Program-made: the position numbers and the translations under genes
In this document: positions 13,621-25,654 of the stretch, piece by piece
How the letters are laid out: each line of letters starts with the position of its first letter
Position numbering within the stretch: position 1 is the stretch's first letter
NCBI GenBank assembly: GCA_965287045.1
Contig: OZ336874.1
Span: 67,146,001 to 67,210,000, forward strand
Direction of reading: 5' to 3'
DNA length: 64,000 nucleotides
Source: Carcharhinus amblyrhynchos
Taxonomy: Eukaryota
Notes under the pieces: generated by a model
What the model was told of the DNA's origin: nothing
What the model saw: the letters and a program-made list of their open reading frames with translations, nothing else
Databases searched by the model: none

Positions 13621-13626
13621 TTTATT
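13621..13626 (-). promoter_or_regulatory. Candidate PRDM6 polyadenylation signal AATAAA
   Basis: tttatt on + is AATAAA on -, about 600 nt past the stop and followed by U-rich sequence. More distal sites are equally possible. Confidence 0.25.
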
Positions 13627-14074
13627 CAAAAGGTCTGTAGTGCTGAACAGTGCAGACAGCCCTAATTGAACAAGGAAAAGATACTGAACATACTTTCGTT
13701 TGTATTTTACAATGAATCTGGGACTCTTTAATTCAAAATGCAGAGTTTTGCTTTTCATGTTATCATGTAGACATTACCACTGGGAAAAAAGAAGGATCTG
13801 TGTCCCTCAAGTCATGCTTAAAAAGGTGCAATTAAACAATGTGCATTCTCAGTCACAACTGTGGATTGCTGAACCCACTAATTAATATTTTTCTAGCTTT
13901 GGTATTAAATAACAATTAAAAGGTTCTTAGAAATGTATTATATTCTGGGCATAAGAATCTATGCAAGTCTCCTATTCTTTTGAATTTTGTCCACTGAAAT
14001 GAGTCGTTTCTCTAATCATAAATAAATAATCTTTTTTTTCTGGTCTCTTTTTCTCTCTCCTATGCCAAGATCAA

Positions 14075-14222
14075 NNNNNNNNNNNNNNNNNNNNNNNNNN
14101 NNNNNNNNNNNNNNNNNNNNNNNNNNNNNNNNNNNNNNNNNNNNNNNNNNNNNNNNNNNNNNNNNNNNNNNNNNNNNNNNNNNNNNNNNNNNNNNNNNNN
14201 NNNNNNNNNNNNNNNNNNNNNN
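14075..14222. other. Assembly gap / masked run (148 N) in the PRDM6 3' UTR
   Basis: Run of n. Confidence 0.99.
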
Positions 14223-14223
14223 G

Positions 14224-14338
14224 TTAATCCACTTCAATTGATTCTGTGCTCTCTGTTATTGGTTTGCACTCATTGGGCATCCGCTGGTGTCGACTCAGCT
14301 GCGTGGCTTGTGTGAAGCTCCGATCGCACTTCTCGCAC
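14224..14338 (-). CDS. PRDM6: PRDM6 terminal coding exon (last zinc finger and C-terminus); not in the ORF track
   Basis: After the acceptor ttgcctccacAG: G TGC GAG AAG... = [37 protein letters not shown]. The leading G completes AAG (Lys) with the AA left by the upstream exon. It matches the recalled PRDM6 C-terminus (...ESIEVD). Confidence 0.96.
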
Positions 14339-15654
14339 CTGTGGAGGCAATGATAAAATTGAGACAGGGAGCTGCGTGTAAAAGGGTGACGGGCATTACC
14401 TCATCTCGACTAATCTGAACAGACACTTAAAAGTGGTTGCAGATTTTACAAGGCTCCCAGGGTCTAATTGGTGGCTACTCCCCAGCCTTGATGCAAGTGA
14501 TGGGACAAGGTCTGCTTGATGCAGAACAGAGGGATCTGTCAATAGGCAAGGAGGAAGGTGATTTCTCAAGAGATGCCTGTCCTGTTATGGCCCTGATCAC
14601 TGTCAGTTCAAATAGATAAAGAACAAAAAGAGATTTTCAGGAGCATGCCATCAAAGGAGCAGGCCTGTCGGATGCTCAAGAGTCCTAGGAGAAATTGATG
14701 ACAGGCTAAATCTCACCTTTCAGTAATTCAAAATCACATGGAAGGAGCTGTAAATGGCACATCAGACTCAGCAAAACAGTCCCAACGCTTAAATATAGAA
14801 TGATGCTTCTGAGATCTGAAGCACTGCTACCTTCCAGCAGCATTCCAACATCCTTTATTGTTGGAAAATACAATTTAGTCTAAGGTTTTTAGACCATTCT
14901 ATTGTTAGCTGTAAATGGCCAATAATTTTTTTTTAAAGGTTGCCCTTTCTAAAGAGCTCCTTTGTGGTAATGTTCTATGCAAATATTTAATAAATGTCTC
15001 ATTTTTATAATGTATCATTGTAAAAGTAGATAAATGGATCAGCAAATGTTGGAATTGGCCATGATTTCTGACAGTTTAAAAAGATGCATCTAATTGCCTT
15101 AGACCACAGGATGAAAGATTTGTGCTCAAAATAAGAAAACAGAATATTAGACAATCTTGTGTTGCTACATGTATTTTGTGTTAGCTGAAGTCAGAGAAGT
15201 TACTTTACACCTGCGGCAATTTCTTCTACAAAGGAAATTTAAGAAAACTTTATGTCAAATAAAAGCATTTCCTGCTGGTGGCAATATAGAATTTGTCTTA
15301 TACAAAAGCAGAATCTCACAGAGGAGGCAGACTAATAAACCAATGTCATGTAATACCAGGGCAAGGGTATTTAAAACACCAGTTCTCCACAACAGTATAT
15401 TGTTTTTAACAAATGGCTAAGTCCCAACAGATCCCTTAACTATTTCTCAACCACAACATTTGACCTTGTCAATATATTACATCAATCCCTTCTCTAGTCA
15501 GAAATGAACCTTATTGCCTTTTAAGCCAACACTTACTGTCAGCTTCAGTAGGTTCTGTGGTAACAATTGGTATAGTTTTTTTAAGCTTAATGTAAAAATA
15601 GTTCCAACTGAATTCCATTCTTACTTCTGATGTTATGGAAACCAAAAGCAGGAG

Positions 15655-15925
15655 TCATAAATATGAGATAGTTACTCATAAATTCAATAGGGAATTCAGG
15701 AGAAACTTCTCTCGCCAAAAAATGGTTAGAATGTGAAACATGTTACTATAAAGAATAGTTCTGGGGATTGGCATTGATGCCTTTCAGGGGGAGCTAGATA
15801 AACACATGAGGGGAAAAGCAATCAAAAAATATGTTGATGGGGTTAGTTGAAGGGTGGAGGTGGCAAATGTGGAGTATAAACACTGACACAGATTGGTTAA
15901 ATCAAGTGGCCTTTTCCTGTGCTGT
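15655..15925 (+). mobile_element. Old CR1 3' end
   Basis: FRRNF.SPKMVRM.N-like CR1 C-terminus followed by a 3' UTR ending ggccttttcctgtgctgtaa. Confidence 0.75.
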
Positions 15926-16189
15926 AAACGCCTCACAATATGCAATTTGTTCATTTTTAAATGTATTAAAGAAAGAAGATCTCAGCTGCATGTGAATAGC
16001 AGTGCAGGTACTGCTCTTGCTTTAAAAACCACAGGTGGTTGTCTTTTTACTCTTCCTTTCATGATAGGAAAAAACCTTAAAAACTGAATGTCCTGCTTCT
16101 TCTACCTTCTGAAATATACCGAATGTTGTGACAGCACATTATGGATGATGGTGAATTTACAGATGATATCTGGTTTATGAACCCTTCAC

Positions 16190-16490
16190 CATAGAATCAT
16201 AGAGTCTACAATGCAGAAGGAGGCTATTTTTGGTTCATCGAGTCTACACCAACAACAATCCCACCCAGGTCCCATCCCTGCAACCCCACATATTTATCCT
16301 CCTAATTCTCCTGACACTAAGGGGCAATTTATCATGGCCTATCAACCTAACCTAACCTTTGGACAGTGGGAGGAAACCAGCACAGACATCGGGAGAATGT
16401 GCAAAATCCACACAGTTACCCAGGGCTGGAATTGAAGCTGGGTGCCTGGTGTGTGAGACATCAGCGCTAACTACTGTGCCACCATGCCCC
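16190..16490 (-). mobile_element. HE1-type SINE
   Basis: (ctatgatt) tail, V core, tRNA head. Confidence 0.9.
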
Positions 16491-16964
16491 CATGGTAATC
16501 AATTTGCATGGAACATCTTTGTCTTCTGTATTTTCAAAACTTCAAATTGTATACAAGAAACGTAAATTGAAATTTTCAAAAGGCTCATTTACCTGCTGTG
16601 GATCAACCATTTCCATGGGTCCGAAAAGCAGGGATGAGGATGGAGACCAAGTTCATTCAGCCGTTCCCTTTCTCTCTTTACAAAGCCGTGGGATTTCTGG
16701 GGTTTTGCCGGAGGCGTAGAGATCGGTCAGGATTAGGTACAATAGGGTTAGGCTTAATAGAGTCATTTAAGTGAGGCAGGAGAGAATGTTCAATAGTTTC
16801 ATTTTCTTGGTTGAATGTCAATTGACAACACCAAGAAAATGTGGTGCTATGATCTGCCCTGCAAACCTGGCTTTTGAGCATTTTCCAGGGTACGCCACCA
16901 GGGCTGTTTTGGGAGCAATAGGGGGAGGAGATTGATAGGCTGAAGATGGCTAAGGCTGCTCTCA

Positions 16965-17457
16965 GACTGGTTCACCAGACTGATTCCTGGAATGGCAGGA
17001 CTGATATTTGAAGAGAGACTGGATCGACTGGGCTTGTACTCACTGGAATTCAGAAGAATGAGTGAGGATCTCATAGAAACATATAAAATCCTGATGGGAC
17101 TGGACAGGCTAGATGTGGGGAGAATGCTTCCGATGTTGGGGAAGTTCAGAAGTAGGGGTTACAGTCTAAGAATAAGGGGTAAGTCATTCAGGGCTGAGAT
17201 GAGGAAGAGCTTTTCACTCAGGAACTTGCGAACCTGTAGAATTCTCCACCACAGAAAGCTGTTGGGGCCAGTTTGTTAGATATGTTTAAGAGGGAGCTGG
17301 ACATGGCCCTTGTGGCTGAAGGGATCAAGGGGTGTGGAGAGAAAGCAGGAGCGGGATACTGAAAGTGCATGATTGACCATGATCATACTGAATGATGGTG
17401 CAGGCTCGAATGGCTGAATGACCTACTCCTGCACCTATTTTCTATGTTTCTATGTTT
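16965..17457 (+). mobile_element. CR1 3' fragment
   Basis: FTRLIPGMAGLIFEERLDRLGLYSLEFRRM..DLIETYKIL; tail ttctatgtttctatg. Confidence 0.92.
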
Positions 17458-18589
17458 TAGGTGAAATCAGGATCTTTGGTTGCTAATAGAGTGATCTGTA
17501 TTCATACCTGAATTCACTGCCCCTTCAACTGGCCCTCCTAGGGTTCATTCTGGATTAACAAAACAGTGCAGAACAAAGAATTCTGTGCATCCAGGCAGAA
17601 GCAGTACACTTTGGATGCACTGCCCATGTACAGTGTTGGGTGAGTAGGTGGATTGATTCCTCTTATTTTTGAATCTGTCCATCTTTAATTCAGAACTTAC
17701 AAAAGCAGTAGCACTTTGGAGTGAAATCTCTGACAGTTGACAATTAAAATGTTGACCTACTCAAAATTCTGAGGAAACCTGCTATACACTTCCGGCATTT
17801 TGCGTTTTTTGATGGATTACAAACCCATTTAATTCGATATATTTTCTATAGCAAACTACTTGAGAAGTACATTTTTAAACCAAAATGACTGATTTCCTCT
17901 CCAAAGGCTTTACTGCACAGCGGAAATAGCAAACAGCTGCTCACACACAATAAACACTGCTTCCAAACAAAAATGTCATCAAGGTGATGCAAGAGAAAGG
18001 TCACAGAATAACATCACACAAATGGAGTGATAGAGACTCTCCGTGGAATTGTTACAGAGAGGTTCATTCTCATGGCAACTAATCCAGGAAATGCTTTTTG
18101 GAATTCACTGTAAATAGACCAAAAGATCAGAACTGGAAAGGCCTCTTCTCCCAGTGCAGTTCAGGGAACTAGATGTACCTCAGGCTAATAGGGTGGAGTC
18201 TTGTTACTTCTTTGAAGGAACATCAAAGAGCTGTAAATTCTCATACCTAATCCAATTTTTTTTTTAAGATTTTTAAGAGGCAACATCAGATTGATTGGGA
18301 AGATATAAGATTCAATGGAACAATGAGAAAAGGAGAAAGTTTTGTTGAATATGGAGAAGTTGCACACAGTAATAGGCTTTTAAATTTGCAAATGCACTTT
18401 ATGATGTCTATCAATTTTAAAAAGGAACTTGTTGTCCACAGGAACAATTATAGTCATCACATACTTCAATAGACGAGTGAAGTTGCAGAATTATGCAATG
18501 CAGAGAAAGATTATTTGGCCCATTGCGCGTTTGCTTGCACCCTTGTGTTGTCCACTTAATCCTATTGCTCTCCCGTACCCTATACACAA

Positions 18590-18905
18590 ACAAACAAATT
18601 AGGAGCAGAAGTAGGCCATTCAGCCCCTCAAGCCTCCTCTGCCATTCAATAAGATCTGATTGTAGTTTCAACTCCACATTCTGCCTACCTCCGGTAACCT
18701 TCGACTCCCTTGTTAGACAAAAGTCTATCAAAGTCAGCCTTAAAAAATACTCAATGATGTTGTTTCCATGCTGTGTTCCAGTGTTCCAGTGACTCATGAC
18801 CCGCTGAGAGACAAAAATTCTTATCATCTTTGTCTTAAATGGTGGACCCCTTATTTTTAAACTGTGTCTGCACAAGGGGAGACATTCTTTCAGTGTCCTA
18901 TCTCC
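18590..18905 (-). mobile_element. CR1 3' fragment
   Basis: HSLKIRGPPFKTKMIR.F.SQRV; 3' UTR stem aggcttgaggggctgaatggcctacttctgctcct. Confidence 0.85.
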
Positions 18906-19419
18906 CTCTTTGTATCTTTCAAATATTTTTTGCTTCCATAAATGTTTTTGCTAGGACATTCCATGTTCTAACAAGTGTAGGGGAGAAATTAGTTTGCATA
19001 ATATTACTAATGAATTCAATGAGGTAATGCCATGGGATGCTTCTCACATGGCCCACACAGCCTCCTTCAATGACATTACTGCAGTGCACAGGGTATACTG
19101 CCTATCACCAAACAATCGAGATAAGTCCACATCGCCACGCTAGGAATGGTGCTATGTGAACTAATTTCTGCCCCCCTGCCGGCATATGCTGTTGAACCTC
19201 AATGTCTGCCTTTGGCTCACTAACCAGTCAAAATGAATTTTCCCTTTAAGTGTTTTTCTTAAATTTACCTTTTCTAGTGAAAACAGTCCTATTTTCTTTA
19301 GTCAATTCTCAATACTAAATCTTCTCAAATCCCTTACATCCTCTCAGTAATTCCCTTCTCTACCTTCTCCACAACTTTGATGTGCTTCTTTAAGTACATG
19401 ACATAACATTGGTGTAAAA

Positions 19420-19575
19420 TGGATAACTGGGTGGTGCAGTAGGTTCGTCACTGCCCCTTTATTTCTCAGAGATTAAAGACCAGACTGGGAGAGAAAAAGG
19501 ACCTTCTGACTCCTGGCTGTTGAACTTTTATGTGAAATGAGTTTGGGCAGCATTACTCCAGTATCTAATGAGCCT
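19420..19575 (+). mobile_element. Ancient LF-SINE-like fragment
   Basis: tRNA-like head, then ggctgtt...TATGTGAAATGAGTT...tccagtatctaatg resembling the LF-SINE consensus as recalled. Confidence 0.4.
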
Positions 19576-20479
19576 ATCTGGACAATAATGTCAGAGGCAC
19601 TGAAATGGGAAAGTTGAAACTGAGGCTGGTTGCTGGGACAGAGTACAAGTAGCTGTACATTGTATTTTGTTATGTTTTTTCTAACCTGTGATAGTTTAAC
19701 ACTGATGTTGGCTGCATGAAATTGAATGATTTCCATTCTCCGGCACTAATCCAAATCACGTGCATGAAAATAAATCAATAGGGAAAAAAGTGAAGCATAT
19801 TAAAGTAACAGTGTAGTAAGTCATTTTTTTTTTAAAGGGGAAGGTAGGCTATGATATTATGGGAATTGGTACTCCATGGTTTGAGCACTTGCTCACTGAC
19901 CCATTGGCCAGCATTTTATTCTCACTGAGACAATGGACCCAAAAGCCCAGGTCAACTCAGCCTTGGTCATCTGCAGAGTCTGTTGTCACATTTTACAGGG
20001 TCAGGCAACCAACTGGTTGATATCATGGCTGTTCTTCCTTTAAAGAACAGTCACCCATCTCCAGGAGCTGTCGGCCAATTGGAAGGTTGGCAGCTTAATA
20101 GTGCCACCGGGTGCAGTGGCCATTGCTGGGACTACACCTGGAACAAGAAGTTATGGAAGAATGCTACCCTGCCAGTCAGGGAGGATGAATGTTGACATCC
20201 CGAGAGAGGACAACAAGATTATGCCCGCTGTTTATTGTTTTAACATGTAGATGGTCATGGAGCCAGACTATAACTTAGTTAGAGGCTAGATGGAATTATT
20301 TTGATCCCAACTACATCTTTATTGGACACTCCTTGACAATGTGAATCATTGTTTACACTGCACCACAGCTGCAGCCTGAATGGTCTTGGTAATCACATTG
20401 ATGTTGGGTGGCTGAACATAGGCTTTGACCAGTCTGGAAATGGTTTAAAAGGTTCCACTGTCACCGTGGAAGATTAAAG

Positions 20480-21548
20480 CTAGGATCATGTGGTAGATAG
20501 CGAGAAGGATTGCTGTAGACTGCAGGACGATATCGATGGACCAGTCAAGTGGGCAGAAAAGGAGCAAATGGAGTTCAACACTGAGAAGTGTAAGATAATG
20601 TATTTGGGGAGGTCAGACAAGGCAAAGGATTCAGTGAGGATACTGAGAGGTGTAGAGGAAGTGAGTGACCTTGGAGTGAATATCCACAGATCCCTGAAGT
20701 GGCTAAGAAGGCATATTGAATCCTTTCATTTGTTAGCTGAGGCATACAATATATCCGCAGGAAGGTTATACTGGAACTCTACACAATATGGCAAACTACG
20801 TGGCACCCAGGTCTGCTCTGCCATTGAATATGGTGTAAAACACCCAGGTGCATAATTAATGTGGTTGGGGCTAGAGGTTTGGCAGGTTTTCCTGCCAGCT
20901 TCCACAGGAGAAGTATTCCACATTCCTTCCCCGCCACTTAGTGTCAAAATGGGACAATTCTACCTGCAGAATCAGTTTAGCTGGAGATAAGAAATAGCCA
21001 AGAAAATAAATATCTGGGGGAATAGTTTATAAGCCTATTGACTGTAACTACACTGCAGGACGGAATATAAATCAAAAAATAAAGGGGGCTAAGGTATAGC
21101 AATAATTGTGGGCAATAATTGATCTTAATATTTATATGGATTAGAAGAATCAAACTGATAAAGGTCACCTGGAGGATGAATTCATAGAAAATATTCTTAG
21201 AATATTATGTTCTGAAATCAATGCGGACAAAGCTTATTTTATCCTGGCAATGGTTAATGAGGTGGGCTCAGTTGGTTAGCGTGTAGATCAGATTAGTCTG
21301 GAGTTTGATCCCCGTTCTGGTTGTTGTTGTTTCGAGGGCTGTCTCCTCACCCTGAGGCTGGGCCTTAACTATTTACAATCTATAATAGAAATCGTGAGAT
21401 ATTTTGGTCTGAAGCTAGTGTCTTAAACTTAGGCAATTACAAGCACATGTTGGCTAATGAAAGTGGATTGGAAAAATAGATTAAAAGGTAAGACGGAGAA
21501 TGAGAGAAAACTAGCAAGAAATATAAAAACAGACAGTAAAAGCCTCTG
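20480..21548 (+). mobile_element. Two degenerate CR1 pieces (RT 20480-20790; endonuclease/linker 20975-21548) with small inserts
   Basis: VDSEKDCCRLQDDIDG.VKWAEKEQMEFNTEKCKIMYLGR; ERKLARNIKTDSKS. Confidence 0.8.
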
Positions 21549-21637
21549 TGGGCAGGATTTTTTTGGATGACAGTTTTCTCGCCTGCCACTCAACGAATCA
21601 GTGAAGAATGCATCCCTGTCAATGCCAACTACTCTAT

Positions 21638-21757
21638 ACAGTCAGAAGTCTCACAACATCAGTTTAAAATCCAACAGATTTATTTGGCATCACGAGCTTC
21701 CAAAGTGCTGCTCCATCATCAGGCTCATTCACTGATGAAGGAACAGCGCTCCAAAAG
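21638..21757. mobile_element. Inverted (hairpin) Penelope 3'-end pair with decayed hammerheads
   Basis: Same family as 34575-34806: CTGATGA aggaacagcgctcc AAAAG on +, CTGATGA tggagcagcactttg GAAGCTC GTG on -. Confidence 0.8.
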
Positions 21758-21776
21758 GTATCTCACTTGACACAAC

Positions 21777-23198
21777 GGGCCCAATTTTACCAAAAATTGG
21801 GCGCAAAATCGCAGTAAATTCAGATGTAGGGCCTTTGATGTGATCTGCACCCGAATCCAAGCAGATCGTAGTTTTACCGACACCCGATTTGGGCACAGAT
21901 TAGCATGCATTTAAATTGATTTAATGAACCATGCACCCAACTTTACCACCAAATCCCACTTCACTGTCTTCTGGTCCGTTCTGGATCCGCGCTGTAAGCG
22001 ACCTGCAAAATAAAAATCTGAAGCCGATTTTTATTTTGCAGGGGAACCTCTGAAGCAGCTTCAGAGCCTGGCCCTGATGGCCTACTTCCTAGGGTTTTAA
22101 CAGAAGTGGCTGCAAATAAAGTAGATGCATTGGTTGTAATCTTCCAAATTCTTAGGTTCCGGAAAATTCACAGTGAACTGGAAAACCACAAATGTAATGC
22201 CACCATTCAGGAAAGGAAGGAGGCAGAAGACAGAAGAGTGTACATCCCTGCCACCCCCTCCCTCCCTACTGATCGCCTGCAGACTGGCAGTGGACCCCCC
22301 TGCCCGCTCCACTAGGGATTCATCCACACCTCCCCTATCAGTAAGCGATTGGGCCTCACCTCCCACAACCAGACAATCATCAGCCCTCTTGCCCTCCCCC
22401 TTAAGTGATACATTTGACCCGCCTCCCTTCTCCCGCCTCCCCCCCCCCCCCCCCCCCTCCCCCAAACCCCCCATTCCCATCTCCCAGAAGATGATCTGGG
22501 TTAGAGAGCGGCCACTCCAGGAGGAGGGATTCGGTCCTCTGGTGTGGAGGAGGGGTCGCCGGCAGAGTGGCAGTGGACACCACTGCCTCCCCACCTCCCC
22601 ATCAATCGTCCGCAGAGTGGCAGCGGACCTCCCTGTCCCCCTCCTCTAGAGATCCATCTGCCTCCCCCACACCCCCCAGACAATGAACTTGCCCCCCCCC
22701 CCAAGAATGGTCTGGCCTCATTCCCCCTCCCCTCCAGAAGAACATCTGACCCACCTCCTCCCCCCTACCACCAGACAACGATCAGCCCTCTCGCACCCCT
22801 CCTCCAGAAATACATTTGACCCACCTCCTCCTCCTCCCCCTCCCAGAGGATGCTCTGATCCGCCTCCTCCTCCCCCCCAAAGGATGCTCTGACCCACTTA
22901 CCCCTCCCCACCCAGAGGGTGCTCTGACCCACCCAGAGGATGATTTGTGTCAGAGAGCCGCTCTCTCCACTTTCTGCTTATTTTTTCTTTCCCGTCTGGG
23001 CGCTGCTTCAGATTTTTTCTAATTGCGTATGCGCAGTTCAGAGCTCCGATCGTTCTGGCAGCACTAAGCCCCGCCCACAGCACGGATCAGACCGGAGATA
23101 GCTGAAAGCGTATGGGCACGCTGCAAAGAGGATTTCAAGCTCAGATCTATATTACACCCAGATCCGGCCCTTAGACTCCAAATGGTAAAATTGGGCCC
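21777..23198. mobile_element. PIF/Harbinger non-autonomous element (1422 bp)
   Basis: Perfect 16-bp TIR GGGCCCAATTTTACCA/TGGTAAAATTGGGCCC and 3-bp TSD AAC/AAC. The Copia protease frame rejoins across it. C-rich internal repeats (gcagagtggcagcggac). Confidence 0.92.
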
Positions 23199-24468
23199 AA
23201 CATCTGTGCTAATGAAATGATTCACTCCAGCAATACCGCACTCTTTTTAGTGATTTCAGGATATTGTCATCCCCAAACGTGAAACTTGTGGATCTTCCAA
23301 ATTCTTTAACTTGTTCTGATTTTCAGCATTTAAACAGTCCAGGTAACATTTTAACCAGTCAACTCCACACACGGTAAATGTGCAGCCACTGTCGAATACA
23401 GCACAATTGAAGAACTCTTCAACAAAAATTCTCATTACAGGAGTAAAACTTCTTGTTAATAAGACAATGCTTTCTTTCTGGTCACCATCTATTTCCTCTT
23501 CTGATTTTTCCATGTCATGTGTAACTTCAAACACTCTATTAAATCTTTTCAAACAGTTGAAAGCGTAATGAAATTTAGAGTCACACCAGCTTATCATTCC
23601 CTGGGCATTTCTGGGGTTCATTTTCCTGTTACCATTTTCTATATCCTTCCTCTTGCTATAGGTATTAAAGGCATTTTTGTCTTCATAATTTCTGCATCCC
23701 AATCTTCTGCCATACTCTTGTAGCCTGCATGTGCCCATGCAATCTACCACCCTGTTAATAGTGTATCTTCCACATTCTGCTTCACCACTGACTGACCCAT
23801 TTGTGTCATAAGAGCCACAGGGATAGAATATTTCCCTAGAAATTTTATTAAGGCTTCTGTCATTTGACCAAATAAGGTATTATCTGCAAACTTAACTCCT
23901 GTCAAAACCAGCAGCCTATCCACATTGGTCACTTTAGCACAGTCCAGTAACTTAAATGCCAACATGGACTGTGGAAATTCCAGGCGGTGTCTTGCAGCCT
24001 TTTATATAGCCTACTGAATTCCATCATATGCTCTTCAATAGAAATATCCTCTGATTTCCAAACTCTATCAAATTCTGACCAGGCTTCATATACACTTAAT
24101 AAGTCATCCTTTTGATAAATCTTATCCATGAAATTTAATAAATTATCCAGGCTTTCTTCTGAATTCAAATGTTGCAACTCCAATTCGGAAAACACTTTGT
24201 GTCTGATTTCACTTCTATAAAGGTAAAGAAAGAGCCAATGCCATACTTTGTTTCCTTTTCTGTAAAGCAGTTACCATAGTCCACATGATGTCTTCACTTC
24301 TCCATTGGTCATAAGTTTCAGTTGCTGAAAATAATGCTGGATAGACATATTCTGACATTCTTATTCTGGGTTCAGCCATTTTGTTGCCTCCTACTTTAGA
24401 ATTTGAATGAAGTCTTGCTCTTTTTTCCCCAAAAAGTTATAACTTGCAACCCTGTACCTGGAACTAGC

Positions 24469-24486
24469 AACCATTCTCTGCTACCA
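24469..24486 (-). promoter_or_regulatory. Primer-binding site complementary to initiator tRNA-Met
   Basis: TGGTAGCAGAGAATGGTT versus the recalled iMet complement TGGTAGCAGAGGATGGTT (17/18), directly after the LTR. Confidence 0.9.
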
Positions 24487-25654
24487 CTATTCGAGCTTCT
24501 CGGTTGCTGTAGAGTAAAGGAGGCATGAGTTCTGCTTCTTCATTTAAAAAAAGACCTTTATTTCTTTGACCCAACTTCACACACAATTCTCCACCAACAC
24601 CACTAATATTTATCAGTGACTTCTATTGAATAATTTACATCAAATTTGGACTTAATTGGAAAACCTGTTAGCCTATTCTTAACATTCCACTGTCTGGCCT
24701 TCCACTGTCACAGGTTCAGGGCCTTGGCAGCAGAAGCCTGTGCACCCAAGAGCTGTCAGCTAATCAGCAGGCAGCAGTAGAGGGAGTGCTGGTAGGTGCC
24801 AGTATTGCTCCAGCAGAGGCCCAAGATTACCAAGGATTCCAAGGGCAAACATAAGTGAGGGTGGATGGGGATTACACAAGGGTTGTTGGAGAGGGTGGAA
24901 GGGAGAAGAGCCATGGTCAGAGGGTGCCTTTCAACAACCCCCTTCTTGATGCTGGGTCATAAGATCATAAGAAATAGAAATAGGAGTACACCATTTTTCT
25001 CCAATGTGCCTGTTCCACCATTCAATGAGATCAAAGCCGTTCTGAATGTGGCCTTAACTCTACTTTCCTGCCGGACCTCCATAACCCTTGATTCCCTTGT
25101 AGATCAAAAATCTGTCTAACTCAGAATTGAATTTATTTAATAACCCAACCTCCACTGTTCTCTAGGGAAGAGACTGCCAAAGACTAACAACTGTCTGAGA
25201 GAATAAGTTCCTCCTCATGTCTTAAATGGAAGACCCATTATTTTTGGATGTTGCCCTGAATTCTAGATTCTATCGCAAGGGGAAAATCTCTCAGCATTAT
25301 CCTGTCAAGTCTCCTCAGAATCTTTCAAAAAGATCACCTGTAATCCTTCCAAACTCCAAGCGATCTAACCTACTCAACCTTTCCTCTTAAGTTAACCCCT
25401 TCATTCCAAGAATCAGCCGAGTGAACCTTTTCTGAACTGCTTTCACTACAAAGTCTGGCTGGGATTTTCTGGCCCCCTTGTCGTGGGCAAGTATGGAAAA
25501 TTTAGAATGGCAGCCAAAAGTCCATTGACCTTAAATAAGAAAAGCAAAACTACACAGTACTCCTTGTCTGGTCTCAACAATTCCCTGTATATCTGTAACA
25601 AGATTTCCCCACTTTCATACTCCATCCTGCTCGAAACAAACTCTGATATTCTAC

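Larger units (their letters stand above)
21750..24684 (-). mobile_element. Copia-type (GalEa-like) LTR retrotransposon 5' half: 5' LTR ~24488-24684, PBS, gag, protease; split by a MITE
   Basis: The LTR starts TGTTAAG and contains AATAAA. Gag reads MSEYVYPALFSATETYDQWRSE..W...KRKQSMALALSLP, YEAWSEFD, LAFKLLD, knuckle remnant CDSKFHYAFNC. Protease reads AVFDSGCTFTVCG..W and TDV|VSSEIP. Frameshifted. Confidence 0.85.

Noticed and set aside
22097-23083. Pro/Gly-rich ORFs
   Set aside because: Products of C-rich low-complexity MITE sequence.
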